Shown piece by piece: positions 31,861 through 41,958 of a DNA stretch of 64,000 nucleotides. Position 1 is the stretch's first letter. Each line of letters begins with the position of its first letter. This DNA is from Chromatiales bacterium (lineage in GTDB: Bacteria; Pseudomonadota; Gammaproteobacteria; Steroidobacterales; Woeseiaceae): positions 21,748-85,747 of the forward strand of contig JAIBDF010000001.1 of assembly GCA_024679535.1 (NCBI GenBank). Reading direction: 5' to 3'. Below the pieces are notes generated by a model, which searched no databases, had not been told where the DNA came from, and was given only the letters and a program-made list of their open reading frames with translations. Position numbers and translations under genes: made by a program.

Positions 31861-33182
31861 TGGCGCGGAAAAAGCGGCGCGGGCCGGAAACAGCCGTCAT
31901 CGGCGGCGTCACGCATGACGGACGTGGTGTTGCAGACACCGACGGCAAGAAGGTCTTTGTTGCCGGCGCGCTCGAAGGGGAGAACGTCACTTTTCAGCGG
32001 CGCAAGTTCCACCGTAACTTCGATGAAGCCGAATTACTTGAGGTGCACGAGTCATCATCCGATCGGATCGATGCGAAGTGCGAGGCCTTTGGCCGCTGTG
32101 GTGGCTGTTCTTTACAGCACATTACACCCGAGCATCAGCGCAAGATTAAGGCACAAACGCTGACGGACAACCTCGAACGTATCGGGCGCGTGACGCCGGA
32201 GGCGTGGCTCGAGCCCATGACAGGGCCTGTCTGGCACTATCGTCGTCGTGCACGACTGGCGGTCAAGGATGTTTACGGTAAAGGCCGCACACTTGTGGGC
32301 TTTCGCGAACGTCATGCGCCGTACATTACTGACATGCAGCGTTGCGAGGTGCTGGCACAGCCCATCGATGGAATGATTGCGGAACTCAGCGAGATGATCG
32401 GCAGCCTGTCAATAAAGGCGCGCTTGCCGCAGATCGAAGTTGCTGTGGCAGAGAACGATATCGCCCTGGTTTTTCGCGTGCTCGACCCGCCTACCGATGC
32501 CGATAATGGTTTGCTTCGGCAGTTTGGTGAGAAACATGAACTCCGTATCTATTTGCAAACCGGTGGACTGGACACGGTTGCGTTGTTCTATCCTGACGCG
32601 GTCGCTGAATCGTTGTACTACACGTTGCCTGAATTCGACATTCGTGTGGATTTCGAGCCCATCGACTTTGTACAGGTCAACGGCGATATCAACAGGCGCA
32701 TGGTGAATTTCGCAGCGGCACAACTGGGTGCCGGGCCTCGTGATCGCGTGCTGGACCTGTTCTGCGGGATTGGCAATTTTTCGCTGCCGCTAGCGCGGCA
32801 AGCAGGCACCGTACTGGGTGTTGAAGGTGAGGCGAGCCTCACACAACGTGCCGCCGTGAACGCCGGCCGTAACGGCCTTGATAACGTGTCATTTCGAGTT
32901 GCCGACCTGGGCAAGATCGATGGCACCGAAGGTTGGGTGAAAGAGGGCTGGGATCGTATGTTGCTGGATCCAGCCCGCAGCGGCGCTGCAGAGGTGGTAA
33001 CACGTATGCACCTGTTCGGGCCGGAACGGATTGTCTACGTATCGTGTCATCCCGGCACATTGGCACGCGACGCCGGGACGTTGGTTCACGAGCAGGGCTA
33101 TCAGCTTGAATCGGCCGGGATCATTGATATGTTCCCGCACACGGCACATGTAGAATCAATCGCGGTATTTAGGAAAACGTGA
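31860..33182 (+). CDS. rlmD: 23S rRNA (uracil1939-C5)-methyltransferase
   Basis: 440 aa. TRAM-like N-terminus, Fe-S Cys cluster CEAFGRCGGCSLQH, SAM motif DLFCGIGNFSLPLA, and a C-terminal VSCHPGTLARD. Confidence 0.9.
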   Translation: MARKKRRGPETAVIGGVTHDGRGVADTDGKKVFVAGALEGENVTFQRRKFHRNFDEAELLEVHESSSDRIDAKCEAFGRCGGCSLQHITPEHQRKIKAQTLTDNLERIGRVTPEAWLEPMTGPVWHYRRRARLAVKDVYGKGRTLVGFRERHAPYITDMQRCEVLAQPIDGMIAELSEMIGSLSIKARLPQIEVAVAENDIALVFRVLDPPTDADNGLLRQFGEKHELRIYLQTGGLDTVALFYPDAVAESLYYTLPEFDIRVDFEPIDFVQVNGDINRRMVNFAAAQLGAGPRDRVLDLFCGIGNFSLPLARQAGTVLGVEGEASLTQRAAVNAGRNGLDNVSFRVADLGKIDGTEGWVKEGWDRMLLDPARSGAAEVVTRMHLFGPERIVYVSCHPGTLARDAGTLVHEQGYQLESAGIIDMFPHTAHVESIAVFRKT

Positions 33183-33205
33183 CCGCAGGCAATGAGGCTC
33201 AACGG

Positions 33206-34252
33206 ATGTCGCTAGGACCCGTGATGCTTGACATAGAAGGGCTGTCTCTCAGCCCGGCTGACCGCGACCTGCTGCGGGAGCCCGCTGTGGGCGGTGTCAT
33301 TTTGTTTACGCGTAACTACGAGTCTCCGGAACAGATCGCCGACCTGGTCGGCGAGATTCGCGCCTTGCGGAGTCCGCCGTTGTTAGTCGCTGTCGACCAT
33401 GAGGGCGGACGCGTCCAGCGCTTTCGCGATGGGTTCACTGCTATCCCGCCGATGCGTTTTATTGGCCGCGAGTTCGATCGCAATCCGGAGTCCGGGCTGC
33501 AGGCAGCGCGCGAGGCTGGCTGGATGATCGCGTCGGAGCTGCGTGCCGTCGGCGTCGACCTGTGTTTCGCGCCCTGTGTCGATCTTGACTGGGGCATCAG
33601 CGAGATTATTGGGAACAGGTCGTTTCATCGCAAGGCAGATGCGGTCGCCGATCTGTCGAATGCATTTGCCCGAGGACTCCGTAGCGCTGGCATGGCGGCG
33701 GTCGCAAAACACTTCCCCGGTCACGGCGCCGTAATTGCGGACTCACATTTGAAGCTCCCGGTCGATCGCAGAGACTATGGCGTGGTGTTGGACGACATGC
33801 GCCCTTACGAACGGCTAGTCAATAATGGTGCTATCGCCGGGGTCATGCTCGCGCATATCGTCTACGAGCAGATCGACGCAAAACCGGCTGGCTTCTCCGA
33901 GTACTGGATTCAGCGCGAGCTACGTACACGCCTTGGATTTGGCGGTGCAGTTTTTTGTGACGATCTGAGCATGAAGGCAACGCGGGACTATGGCCCGATG
34001 GCGGAACGTGGACGCCTGGCGCTCGCCGCTGGTTGTGACATGATACTTGTCTGCAACGACCGTGATGCGGCGCACGAAGCCGTAGACGCACTCAGTGACT
34101 ACTCCAATCCCCTGTCGCTTGTGCGGCTCGCGCGCTTACATGGCACAGGGCACCCATTGCGCGAGACCTTGATGGCGAGCGAGGAGTGGCGGTCAGTCAA
34201 TGAACGTTTCGCTCATTGGAGCGACCGCCCCGAATTTCACCTGGACGCTTAG
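33206..34252 (+). CDS. nagZ: beta-N-acetylhexosaminidase NagZ (GH3)
   Basis: VDHEGGRVQRF and KHFPGHG motifs. ATG 33206 is preferred; GTG 33179 (overlapping rlmD) is possible. Confidence 0.9.
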   Translation: MSLGPVMLDIEGLSLSPADRDLLREPAVGGVILFTRNYESPEQIADLVGEIRALRSPPLLVAVDHEGGRVQRFRDGFTAIPPMRFIGREFDRNPESGLQAAREAGWMIASELRAVGVDLCFAPCVDLDWGISEIIGNRSFHRKADAVADLSNAFARGLRSAGMAAVAKHFPGHGAVIADSHLKLPVDRRDYGVVLDDMRPYERLVNNGAIAGVMLAHIVYEQIDAKPAGFSEYWIQRELRTRLGFGGAVFCDDLSMKATRDYGPMAERGRLALAAGCDMILVCNDRDAAHEAVDALSDYSNPLSLVRLARLHGTGHPLRETLMASEEWRSVNERFAHWSDRPEFHLDA

Positions 34253-34261
34253 AGGCGATAG

Positions 34262-34996
34262 ATGTCGATAACCTATGGACTCATTATCGGTAGCGGCTGG
34301 GGTCATCTCCCGGGCGAGGATGCGGGCACTGACGTGGGGACGGCCTATGGCAAACCGTCTGCCCCGGTCCACCGGCTCGAGTTCGGCCAGATGCGGGTGC
34401 TGACGCTTGCCCGCCATGGGGAAGGTCATTCGCTGCCGCCACATGTCATCAACTACCGCGCCAACATCGTTGCGTTGAAAATGCTCGGCGCGGATGCGGT
34501 AATCGGGCTGAATACCGTGGGTGTTGTCACAAGTCTTCGTGAGCCGGGACAGATTGCGATTCCAGACCAGCTACTCGACTACACCTGGGGACGGGAACAC
34601 ACCATCTACGATGGACGGCGCGGGAGGGTTGAACATATTGATTTCACGGAGCCATTCTCGGTCGGTCTGCGTCGTGCGCTGGCAGCAGCGGCGGGCAAGG
34701 CCGACATCGATTGCTATGCGGGCGGAGTGTATGCGACCACCCAGGGTCCGCGGCTCGAGACTGCGGCGGAAGTCGACCGCCTGGAGCGCGATGGCGCTGA
34801 TTACATCGGGATGACGGCCATGCCGGAAGCGGCAATTGCCAGGGAGGTCGGTGTTGACTATGCATGTATAGCAATGATCGTCAATCGTGCTGCAGGTCGT
34901 GGTGACGTACCTATTCACGACGATGTCGAGGCGAACACGCGCGCTGCAAAAAGTGCGACGATGTCGCTACTAAAAGCCTTCTTCGAAGCGGTATGA
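34262..34996 (+). CDS. S-methyl-5'-thioadenosine / 5'-methylthioinosine phosphorylase
   Basis: 244 aa PNP/MTAP family. GLIIGSG, ARHG..H..PPH.INYRANI and TTQGPRLETAAE strings. nagZ-MTIP-...-mfd order as in P. aeruginosa. Confidence 0.85.
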   Translation: MSITYGLIIGSGWGHLPGEDAGTDVGTAYGKPSAPVHRLEFGQMRVLTLARHGEGHSLPPHVINYRANIVALKMLGADAVIGLNTVGVVTSLREPGQIAIPDQLLDYTWGREHTIYDGRRGRVEHIDFTEPFSVGLRRALAAAAGKADIDCYAGGVYATTQGPRLETAAEVDRLERDGADYIGMTAMPEAAIAREVGVDYACIAMIVNRAAGRGDVPIHDDVEANTRAAKSATMSLLKAFFEAV

Positions 34997-35005
34997 TGCC
35001 TGACG

Positions 35006-35890
35006 ATGAAACTCGTTAAGCGCGATATTCTCGAACAGGTTCTGGCCAGCACGACGGAGCCCTTACTGATCGTTAACGTCGGCCAGGCTGACTGGCCCGT
35101 CGCATTCGCCAATTCGGCATTTTCACCAATCGGTGGAGATGATGTGGCTGGCAAACCGTTCGCAGACGTCATCGAGGAGATCGCAGGTCGGGAGCTCGCT
35201 CTTGAGGTCAGCGAAACCGTACGTTCTGGCCAGGAAACCAGCTTCCCGGTCGAATTCCGCAGCCGCGAATACCTGCTTGTTCTGAAGCCGTTGCTGCTGA
35301 GCGGCGACAAGACCGTTCGCAATTACGCCGCATACTGGCGCAGTAGTAACAGTTCGACCACGGCTGATGGCGCCGAGATGCACCACGCCTTGCTTAAGGC
35401 GAAACGCCGCATTCGCGATCTTTCCCGCGATGACCCGATCACCGGACTGCTCAACGGAGGGGCGTTTCGCGAGGTCTTTGAACACGACTGGGCGGTCGCG
35501 GCGCGTGACAAAGGCCGTTTGTCGGTGGTTGTGTTCAGACTCAACGAGTTCGATGCCTACATCGAAGTATTCGGACGCCATGCTGCTGACTCCTGCCTGC
35601 GCAGGGTAGGGAGTGCGATCCGCCGCTGCCTGAGACGCGCAAGCGATGTCGTAGCCCGGCCGGATGGTGCTTGCTTCGTAGCGCTGTCACACGCGTCTGA
35701 CGAGCACGGTGTGCGTGAATTTGCGGCCCGGATATCCGCCGCTGTGCGCGAGCTCGGGCTTCACCACCCGCGGTCAGGTTCGTCGAAGTTTGTTACGGTG
35801 AACTTCGAGGTTGCGGTCGCCGATACGGCGAACGAGAAGTGCGGTGCAGCGGATTTCCTGGATACGCTACTCGGAACCGTACCCGAGTAG
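35006..35890 (+). CDS. PAS-like sensor / degenerate GGDEF domain protein (A-site DGACF, I-site RASD retained)
   Basis: 294 aa. The GGDEF fold is recognisable (DPITGLLNGGAF...FRLNEFDAYIEVFGRHAADSCL). At 35636-35677 the sequence reads RASDVVARPDGACF where active cyclases have RxxDxxxRxGG(D/E)EF. Confidence 0.75.
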   Translation: MKLVKRDILEQVLASTTEPLLIVNVGQADWPVAFANSAFSPIGGDDVAGKPFADVIEEIAGRELALEVSETVRSGQETSFPVEFRSREYLLVLKPLLLSGDKTVRNYAAYWRSSNSSTTADGAEMHHALLKAKRRIRDLSRDDPITGLLNGGAFREVFEHDWAVAARDKGRLSVVVFRLNEFDAYIEVFGRHAADSCLRRVGSAIRRCLRRASDVVARPDGACFVALSHASDEHGVREFAARISAAVRELGLHHPRSGSSKFVTVNFEVAVADTANEKCGAADFLDTLLGTVPE

Positions 35891-36646
35891 TTCGCCATCC
35901 CCGGTCTCTGCCTCTTCCTTTTCAACGCGCGTGACTTTGGCCAGCAATCCGAACTTCGGGTGATCGTAATAGCGTAGCTCGCCATTCTTGAGGATGCGAT
36001 TTTCCTGGATGCGGTAGTAGGCGGGCAGCTCTCCTGGCTGGGCCTCCATGCTATCGAACACGTCGCTGACCGTCACGTCGCCAAGCTGTTCGACGTTGTC
36101 CTGATCGATCACCATGAGATCTGTCGCTTCCATCTGGAGATCGACCACGAGGTGCAGATAACGGCTAAGGTAAAGGGTTAATTCGCCATCCAGCCCAGCG
36201 GGCGGCCGTGCCAGCCGGTGCAGTGGGATAGCCTCGGTTTGTTCGTCCGGCCAGGTTGCCTGAGTCCAGCCGAAATGCATGATGGGTTCATAGATGTCCA
36301 GCCGTTTCAGGCGGTCCATCATCTCACCAAGCTGGAAGTTCGCCTCGTCGAGCATGACCAGTTCTATATCGGGAAGGGGTTCGAGCTCTTCCACGATTGC
36401 CTCGGGCAGCTCTTCAACAAACTCGATATCTTCCTCAAGCGGTGGTAATTCGGGCTCGGGTTCGTCGCGCGGAAAGATCTCCCGCCCGGTCATAACTTCC
36501 TGGGCGTAGCGGAAGACAATCACCTCCACCGTGTAGCGGCGAATCTCCGGCACTTCTTCCAATTCAATATCGCCAAGCATCTCCTGCGCCATAGCGGGCA
36601 GAAACATAGCCAGGGACAGCAGGCTGATTGTCAACTTACGCATCAC
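35867..36646 (-). CDS. CsiV-family periplasmic protein (putative peptidoglycan-associated)
   Basis: 259 aa with signal peptide MMRKLTISLLSLAMFLPAMA. The C-terminal YYRIQENRILKNGELRYYDHPKFGLLAKV matches my recollection of the CsiV family. Lies adjacent to mfd, as csiV does in Vibrio. Confidence 0.45.
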   Translation of the reverse strand: MMRKLTISLLSLAMFLPAMAQEMLGDIELEEVPEIRRYTVEVIVFRYAQEVMTGREIFPRDEPEPELPPLEEDIEFVEELPEAIVEELEPLPDIELVMLDEANFQLGEMMDRLKRLDIYEPIMHFGWTQATWPDEQTEAIPLHRLARPPAGLDGELTLYLSRYLHLVVDLQMEATDLMVIDQDNVEQLGDVTVSDVFDSMEAQPGELPAYYRIQENRILKNGELRYYDHPKFGLLAKVTRVEKEEAETGDGELLGYGSE

Positions 36647-39600
36647 TATCTTCTTTGACCATAAGACGGGTTAACAGGTTCTCGATTGTAACGAATCGCT
36701 TCTCGAGATCACCCAGATCGTCCTTTATCTGGAGCCGATGGGAGCCCTGCAAACGGTATCGATTGCTGTCATTTTGCACTAATTGGATGAGTGCCACAGG
36801 GTCAATGCGGCTGTCCTGGCCGAAAATCAGGTAGCCACCGCGATCTGCGGCGTCGATCTTCTCAATTCCGGCACGGGTGGCGAGCCTCTTGAGGGCCGTT
36901 ATACGCATGAGATTCCTGGCGCTGTCCGGGAGCAGGCCAAAGCGATCGATCAGCTCGACCTGTAACTCGCGCAGTTCTTCAGCCGTTTCAGCGGCCGAGA
37001 TTCGCTTGTAGAGAATGAGCCGCAGGTGCACATCCGGCACGTAGTCGTCGGGCAACAACGCGGGAACATGCAGGTTGATTTCCACCCCGGCATGCAATGG
37101 CGCTTCGAGGTCAGGCTCATTACCGGCACGCAGCGAATCCACGGCCCGACCCAGCAGTTCGGTGTACAGCGAAAATCCGATCTCCTGGATCTGGCCGCTC
37201 TGTGTGTCGCCGAGCAGTTCGCCGGCACCGCGAATCTCGAGATCGTGGGTGGCGAGCGTGAATCCGGAACCGAGATCCTCCAGCGAGTCGATGGCTTCGA
37301 GCCGCTTGATGGCATCGGCTGTCATCACGGCTTTCGGAGGAGCCACCAGGTACGCGTAGGCGCGGTGATGTGAGCGCCCGACGCGGCCGCGCAGCTGGTG
37401 CAGCTGCGCCAGGCCAAAGCGGTCGGCCCGATTGATGATGATGGTGTTGGCAGTTGGCACATCAATACCACTCTCGACAATCGTCGTGCAAAGCAGCACG
37501 TTGAAGCGCCGGTGATAGAAGTCGAGCATCACTTGTTCGAGTTCACGTTCAGGCATCTGACCGTGGCCGATACGTATGGTGGCTTCGGGAACGAGTTTTT
37601 CGAGCTGCTGTTCTATGCGACCGATGTCTTCCACACGGTTGTGAATGAAATACACCTGGCCGCCGCGTTTGATTTCGCGCAGGCAGGCTTCGCGTATCAC
37701 GACATCATTCCACTCCGAAACAAACGTCTTGACCGCAAGGCGCTCGGCCGGTGGCGTCGTTATCAGGGACATTTCGCGGAGACCGCCCAGGGCCATATTC
37801 AACGTTCTTGGGATCGGCGTCGCGGTCAGCGTCAGGATATCGATTTCGCTGCGCAGCGACTTGATGGCTTCCTTGTGGCGAACACCGAAGCGGTGTTCTT
37901 CGTCGACGATAATAAGCCCAACATCGTGGAAGTCCTTCGTGTGTTGCAGAAGTTTGTGCGTGCCGATCACGACATCGACCGTCCCTGAACGTAAGCCGGC
38001 AACGATTTCCCTGACCTCCTTGGCGGACTGGAAACGGGACAGGACCTCAACGCGAATTGGCCAGTCCGCGAAACGGTCCCGGAAATTCTGGCCGTGCTGC
38101 TGGGCGAGCAGGGTTGTTGGCACAAGCACAGCAACCTGCTTGCCACCGTGTACGGCGGCGAATGTTGCCCGCAGCGCTACTTCGGTCTTGCCGAAGCCAA
38201 CGTCGCCGCAGACAACGCGGTCCATTGGCTGGTCGCTGCCGAGGTCTTTGAGGACATCGTCGATCGTGTGTGCCTGGTCTTCGGTGAGTTCGAACGGAAA
38301 CCCCGATTCGAAAGTGCGGTAGTCCGATTCGGGCCAGTGGAACGAGTGCCCCGGGCGGGCGGCGCGTCGCGCGTAGACATCGAGCAGTTCTGCAGCGACG
38401 TCGCGGATCTTTTTGATCGCACGACGTTTCGCTTTTGCCCATTGGTCGCTGCCGAGGCGATGCAACGGTGCGTGATCGGGTGACGCACCGGTATATCGAG
38501 AGATCAGGTCCAGTGCGTGCACAGGGACGTACAGCTTGTCCTTGTCCGCGTACTCGAGATGCAAGAACTCAGCCGTAATACCGCCTGCTTCAAGCGTTGT
38601 CAGCCCCAGGTAGCGACCAACACCATATTCCTCATGTACCACCGGGGAACCGGGTTCGAGATCGTTGAGCTGCCGAATGATTGTTTCAGGATCGCGGTCG
38701 CTCCTGCGGCGGCGCTTGCGTGTGTGGGTGCGTTCACCGAACAGCTGCTGTTCGCTGATGACGGCGACTTTTGCGCCCGGCAGCAGCACGCCGTCGTCGA
38801 CCGGGGCCACTGCAACGCCGATGCGGTGTGCGTCGTCCCTGAACTCCTGCCACGTCTCGATGCGCACAAGGTCGAGGCCGCGCCCCGATATCATGTCGTA
38901 CAATTGTTCCCGACGACCTGGCGAATCTGTCGAAAACAGGACCCGGCCGTCGAAATCGCCGAGGAACCGCATCAGCGCGGCGGCGGCGTCCTCGTAGCGC
39001 GCCTCAATCTTCATCGCCGGCGGCATGCGCGTATTGAGGTTCAGGCTGCGGCTGGACTCAGCGAGGGACTGAGTGGCATAGCGAATGCACGAAAATGACG
39101 CCAGACGTTCAGGAATGGTCGCGGGAGCGATAAAGGTCTCGTCCACGCTCAGAATCGGACGTTCGCGATCCAGACTGCAAAGCTCGTAGCGTTCCCGCGC
39201 CTCGACCCAGAATTGTTCCAGCAAAGCATCAAGACCACTCGGGGCCAGGACGATGCAGTCGGTGGGCAGGAAGTCGGGCAGGGAGGCTGTCGACTCAAAG
39301 AAAAGGGGCAGGTAGTACTCGATGCCGCCGTGCGCAATACCCTCGGAGATCTCTTTATAAACGCGAGATTTACCGGGTTGACCTTCGAATCGCTCCCGGT
39401 AACGGTCACGAAACTGGCGAATTGCATCGGCATCGAGTGGTACTTCCCGCGCTGGCAGAATGTCGACCTCAGTGGTGCGCTCGCCCGACAACTGTGTCTC
39501 GGCCGAGAAATAGCGCAGCGACTCGATATCGTCAGCGAAGAAATCGATACGCACCGGCGCCGTCGCGCCCATTGGGAATACGTCGATGAGTGAGCCGCGT

Positions 39601-40106
39601 ACGGCGAACTCGCCGTGCTCGGATACCTGTGGTACGCGCAGGTAGCCGGAGTCGACCAGTGAGTTTGTAAAAGACGAGCGCGGCAGCTCCTGTCCCTCGC
39701 GCAGCGACAGGGACCTTGCGGCCACATAATCAACGGGCGGCAGCCGCTGCTGCAAAACCGTTGCTGCGACGATAAGGATGCCCCTTTGCATCGACGGCAG
39801 TGCCGCCAGCACGCGCAGGCGCTGCGAAATGATGTCCTGATGCGGCGAGAAGCTGTCCCACGGCAGCGTTTCCCATTCCACGAAATGCTCGAGGGGGAAG
39901 TCGCTGCCGGCAAAGAAGCGTATCTCGGTCTCGAGCTGGTCAGCGTGACGTGGGTCTTCCGCCATAACGACGACAGGCCTGTCCACTCGCTGCGCCAGTT
40001 CCGCAGCCGCAAGCGCCAGGCTCGCGCCGATCAGGCGGCCCCACGCAAACGGGGTGCCGGGCATGGGCGGGCTCAATTTGGCGGGTAGAAGTAATGGCGT
40101 TGTCAC
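36636..40106 (-). CDS. mfd: transcription-repair coupling factor
   Basis: 1156 aa with a GTG start. UvrB-homology N-terminus, CarD-like RNAP-interaction domain, helicase motifs GDVGFGKTEVA and DEEHRFG, and a TRG motif region. Confidence 0.97.
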   Translation of the reverse strand: MTTPLLLPAKLSPPMPGTPFAWGRLIGASLALAAAELAQRVDRPVVVMAEDPRHADQLETEIRFFAGSDFPLEHFVEWETLPWDSFSPHQDIISQRLRVLAALPSMQRGILIVAATVLQQRLPPVDYVAARSLSLREGQELPRSSFTNSLVDSGYLRVPQVSEHGEFAVRGSLIDVFPMGATAPVRIDFFADDIESLRYFSAETQLSGERTTEVDILPAREVPLDADAIRQFRDRYRERFEGQPGKSRVYKEISEGIAHGGIEYYLPLFFESTASLPDFLPTDCIVLAPSGLDALLEQFWVEARERYELCSLDRERPILSVDETFIAPATIPERLASFSCIRYATQSLAESSRSLNLNTRMPPAMKIEARYEDAAAALMRFLGDFDGRVLFSTDSPGRREQLYDMISGRGLDLVRIETWQEFRDDAHRIGVAVAPVDDGVLLPGAKVAVISEQQLFGERTHTRKRRRRSDRDPETIIRQLNDLEPGSPVVHEEYGVGRYLGLTTLEAGGITAEFLHLEYADKDKLYVPVHALDLISRYTGASPDHAPLHRLGSDQWAKAKRRAIKKIRDVAAELLDVYARRAARPGHSFHWPESDYRTFESGFPFELTEDQAHTIDDVLKDLGSDQPMDRVVCGDVGFGKTEVALRATFAAVHGGKQVAVLVPTTLLAQQHGQNFRDRFADWPIRVEVLSRFQSAKEVREIVAGLRSGTVDVVIGTHKLLQHTKDFHDVGLIIVDEEHRFGVRHKEAIKSLRSEIDILTLTATPIPRTLNMALGGLREMSLITTPPAERLAVKTFVSEWNDVVIREACLREIKRGGQVYFIHNRVEDIGRIEQQLEKLVPEATIRIGHGQMPERELEQVMLDFYHRRFNVLLCTTIVESGIDVPTANTIIINRADRFGLAQLHQLRGRVGRSHHRAYAYLVAPPKAVMTADAIKRLEAIDSLEDLGSGFTLATHDLEIRGAGELLGDTQSGQIQEIGFSLYTELLGRAVDSLRAGNEPDLEAPLHAGVEINLHVPALLPDDYVPDVHLRLILYKRISAAETAEELRELQVELIDRFGLLPDSARNLMRITALKRLATRAGIEKIDAADRGGYLIFGQDSRIDPVALIQLVQNDSNRYRLQGSHRLQIKDDLGDLEKRFVTIENLLTRLMVKEDSDA

Positions 40107-40286
40107 GGGTTCGCTCAGCAGAACTTGCAGAATTTGGGGCCGCGATTATTACACAATGCACAACGTCGCTCTCGCACATCCTAATAGTTGATTCGGGCCC
40201 TGCGGCCGTCAGCCCTGCGAGCCAACGCGTTCGCGTTGTCCTAAATCGCCTGTGCGGTCTTGTCGTGGTCTAAATGCCTTCGACAC

Positions 40287-40316
40287 AAAAAAGCCCGGGT
40301 CGATGCCGACCCGGGC
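40287..40316 (-). terminator. rho-independent terminator downstream of the small secreted-protein gene
   Basis: On the minus strand: GCCCGGGTCG, loop GCAT, CGACCCGGGC, followed by TTTTTT. It lies 25 nt past the stop at 40341. Confidence 0.8.
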
Positions 40317-40340
40317 TCTTTCGAAATACTGTCTTAAGGC

Positions 40341-40616
40341 TTAGCGCTTCAGGACGGCGTGAATGACTTTGTCATGCTCGAAGAATACGACGAAATTCGT
40401 GTATTCCCAGCGTGTAATCGGCGGGTCGCCCACCGGTGCCCTGACCGAAGCCGGGCTGCCGTACTTCGCTTCAACGCGGGCCTGAGTCATGCCGCGGCTT
40501 GGGCGTCCGTCATCGGACATGGCCGATGCACCGTCCATTTTCAGCGTGTCGGCACTCGCCGTGCCCATTGCGGCGAACAGCAAAGCGATCAGTGTCATCG
40601 TACGCAATTTGGCCAT
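40341..40616 (-). CDS. small secreted protein of unknown function (BamE/SmpA-like motif GMTQARVEAKYGSP)
   Basis: ATG 40616 gives the signal peptide MAKLRTMTLIALLFAAMGTASA and a mature protein of about 70 aa. It has its own terminator. The track start at 40685 adds an unlikely N-terminal extension. Confidence 0.5.
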   Translation of the reverse strand: MAKLRTMTLIALLFAAMGTASADTLKMDGASAMSDDGRPSRGMTQARVEAKYGSPASVRAPVGDPPITRWEYTNFVVFFEHDKVIHAVLKR

Positions 40617-40710
40617 GGTCCTACTCCGCGTTATGTCTATCTTGGTGGTCCTGCGACTATAGCATCGCAACGCGGGATGAGACATGCGAACTGTGTCACA
40701 ATGCGGCCCA

Positions 40711-41955
40711 ATGCTGAATCCAGTCGAACTCTTTGTCGGGCTGCGCTACCTGAGGGCCAAGCGGCGCACCCGTTTCGTGTCTTTTATCACACTGATTTCC
40801 CTCCTCGGAATAGCGCTTGGCGTTGCCGCGCTGATCGTGATCCTGTCCGTCATGAATGGTTTCGAGGGAGAGCTCCGGAATCGACTGTTGAGCATGTCGG
40901 CTCACGGGACAGTAAGTGGCAGCGACGGTCCGGTTCTCGAGTGGCAGTCGCTCGTCGATGCTGTCGGCGCGGAAGAGGGCGTCGCTGCTGCAGCCCCGTT
41001 TGTGCAGGTCGAAGGCATGATCCAGTCGGGAAGGGACCTGCTGGGTGTCATGGTGCACGGCGTAGATCCTGCCTGGGAGGACACGCTGTCCGGCGACATG
41101 ATGAACATGGTGGAGGGCAGCCTCGACATACTGGAACCAGGTGCTCGAGGCATTATTCTCGGGCGTATCCTGGCGTACAACCTGAATGCCAGAATTGGCG
41201 ATGGTGTGGTGTTGCTGGTACCACGACCGGTTGGCGATGGCACGCTCGAACCGGTCCTTGAACGATTTGTTCTGCGTGGTGTATTCGAGGCAGGTCTCGC
41301 GGATCATGACAGTGTGCTGGCGCTCGTGCATACGAGCGATGCAGCAAGCATTCTCGACATCGACGGCGCCGTAACAGCCGTGCGTTTTCGTGCTGACGAT
41401 GTTATGGCCGCACCGGCGATTGCGGCGTCATTGCAGCGGCGCCTTGGGGACGCGGTGACGATCAGTGACTGGACCGTGGAGAACGGAAGTTACTTTCGCG
41501 CCATTCGTATTGAAAAGATGATGATGTCTCTGATCCTGTCGCTGATTATCGGTGTGGCGGCGTTTAATATCGTCGCCAGCCTTGTCATGGTCGTCACCGA
41601 TAAGACAACCGATATCGCCGTACTTCGTACCTTGGGCATGGGTCCTAACGGCGTCGTGCGCGTCTTCTTTGTCCAGGGTGCGCTTATCGGGTGGGCGGGA
41701 GTGTTGATCGGTGTGACGCTGGGGGTTGTCCTCGCGATTTATGTTCCCGTGGTTGCGCCGTTTCTCGAACAGTTGTTTGGCTTCCAGATCATGCCCGGCG
41801 ATGTTTACTACGTGTCGCGAATTCCGTCCGAGCTTGAGTGGCAGGATGTGACCGTGATCGCGATTGCCGCATTCGTTCTCACGTCACTTGCGACCCTGTA
41901 TCCGGCACGCCGTGCTGCGCTGGTGAATCCCGCTGAAGCACTGCGGTACGAATAG
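40711..41955 (+). CDS. lolC: lipoprotein-releasing ABC transporter permease, LolC/LolE family (first paralog)
   Basis: The N-terminus reads ELFVGLRYLRAKRR. MacB-type topology: a periplasmic domain between TM1 and TM2, and a C-terminal FtsX domain ending in PAEALRYE. Confidence 0.8.
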   Translation: MLNPVELFVGLRYLRAKRRTRFVSFITLISLLGIALGVAALIVILSVMNGFEGELRNRLLSMSAHGTVSGSDGPVLEWQSLVDAVGAEEGVAAAAPFVQVEGMIQSGRDLLGVMVHGVDPAWEDTLSGDMMNMVEGSLDILEPGARGIILGRILAYNLNARIGDGVVLLVPRPVGDGTLEPVLERFVLRGVFEAGLADHDSVLALVHTSDAASILDIDGAVTAVRFRADDVMAAPAIAASLQRRLGDAVTISDWTVENGSYFRAIRIEKMMMSLILSLIIGVAAFNIVASLVMVVTDKTTDIAVLRTLGMGPNGVVRVFFVQGALIGWAGVLIGVTLGVVLAIYVPVVAPFLEQLFGFQIMPGDVYYVSRIPSELEWQDVTVIAIAAFVLTSLATLYPARRAALVNPAEALRYE

Positions 41956-41958
41956 TTG

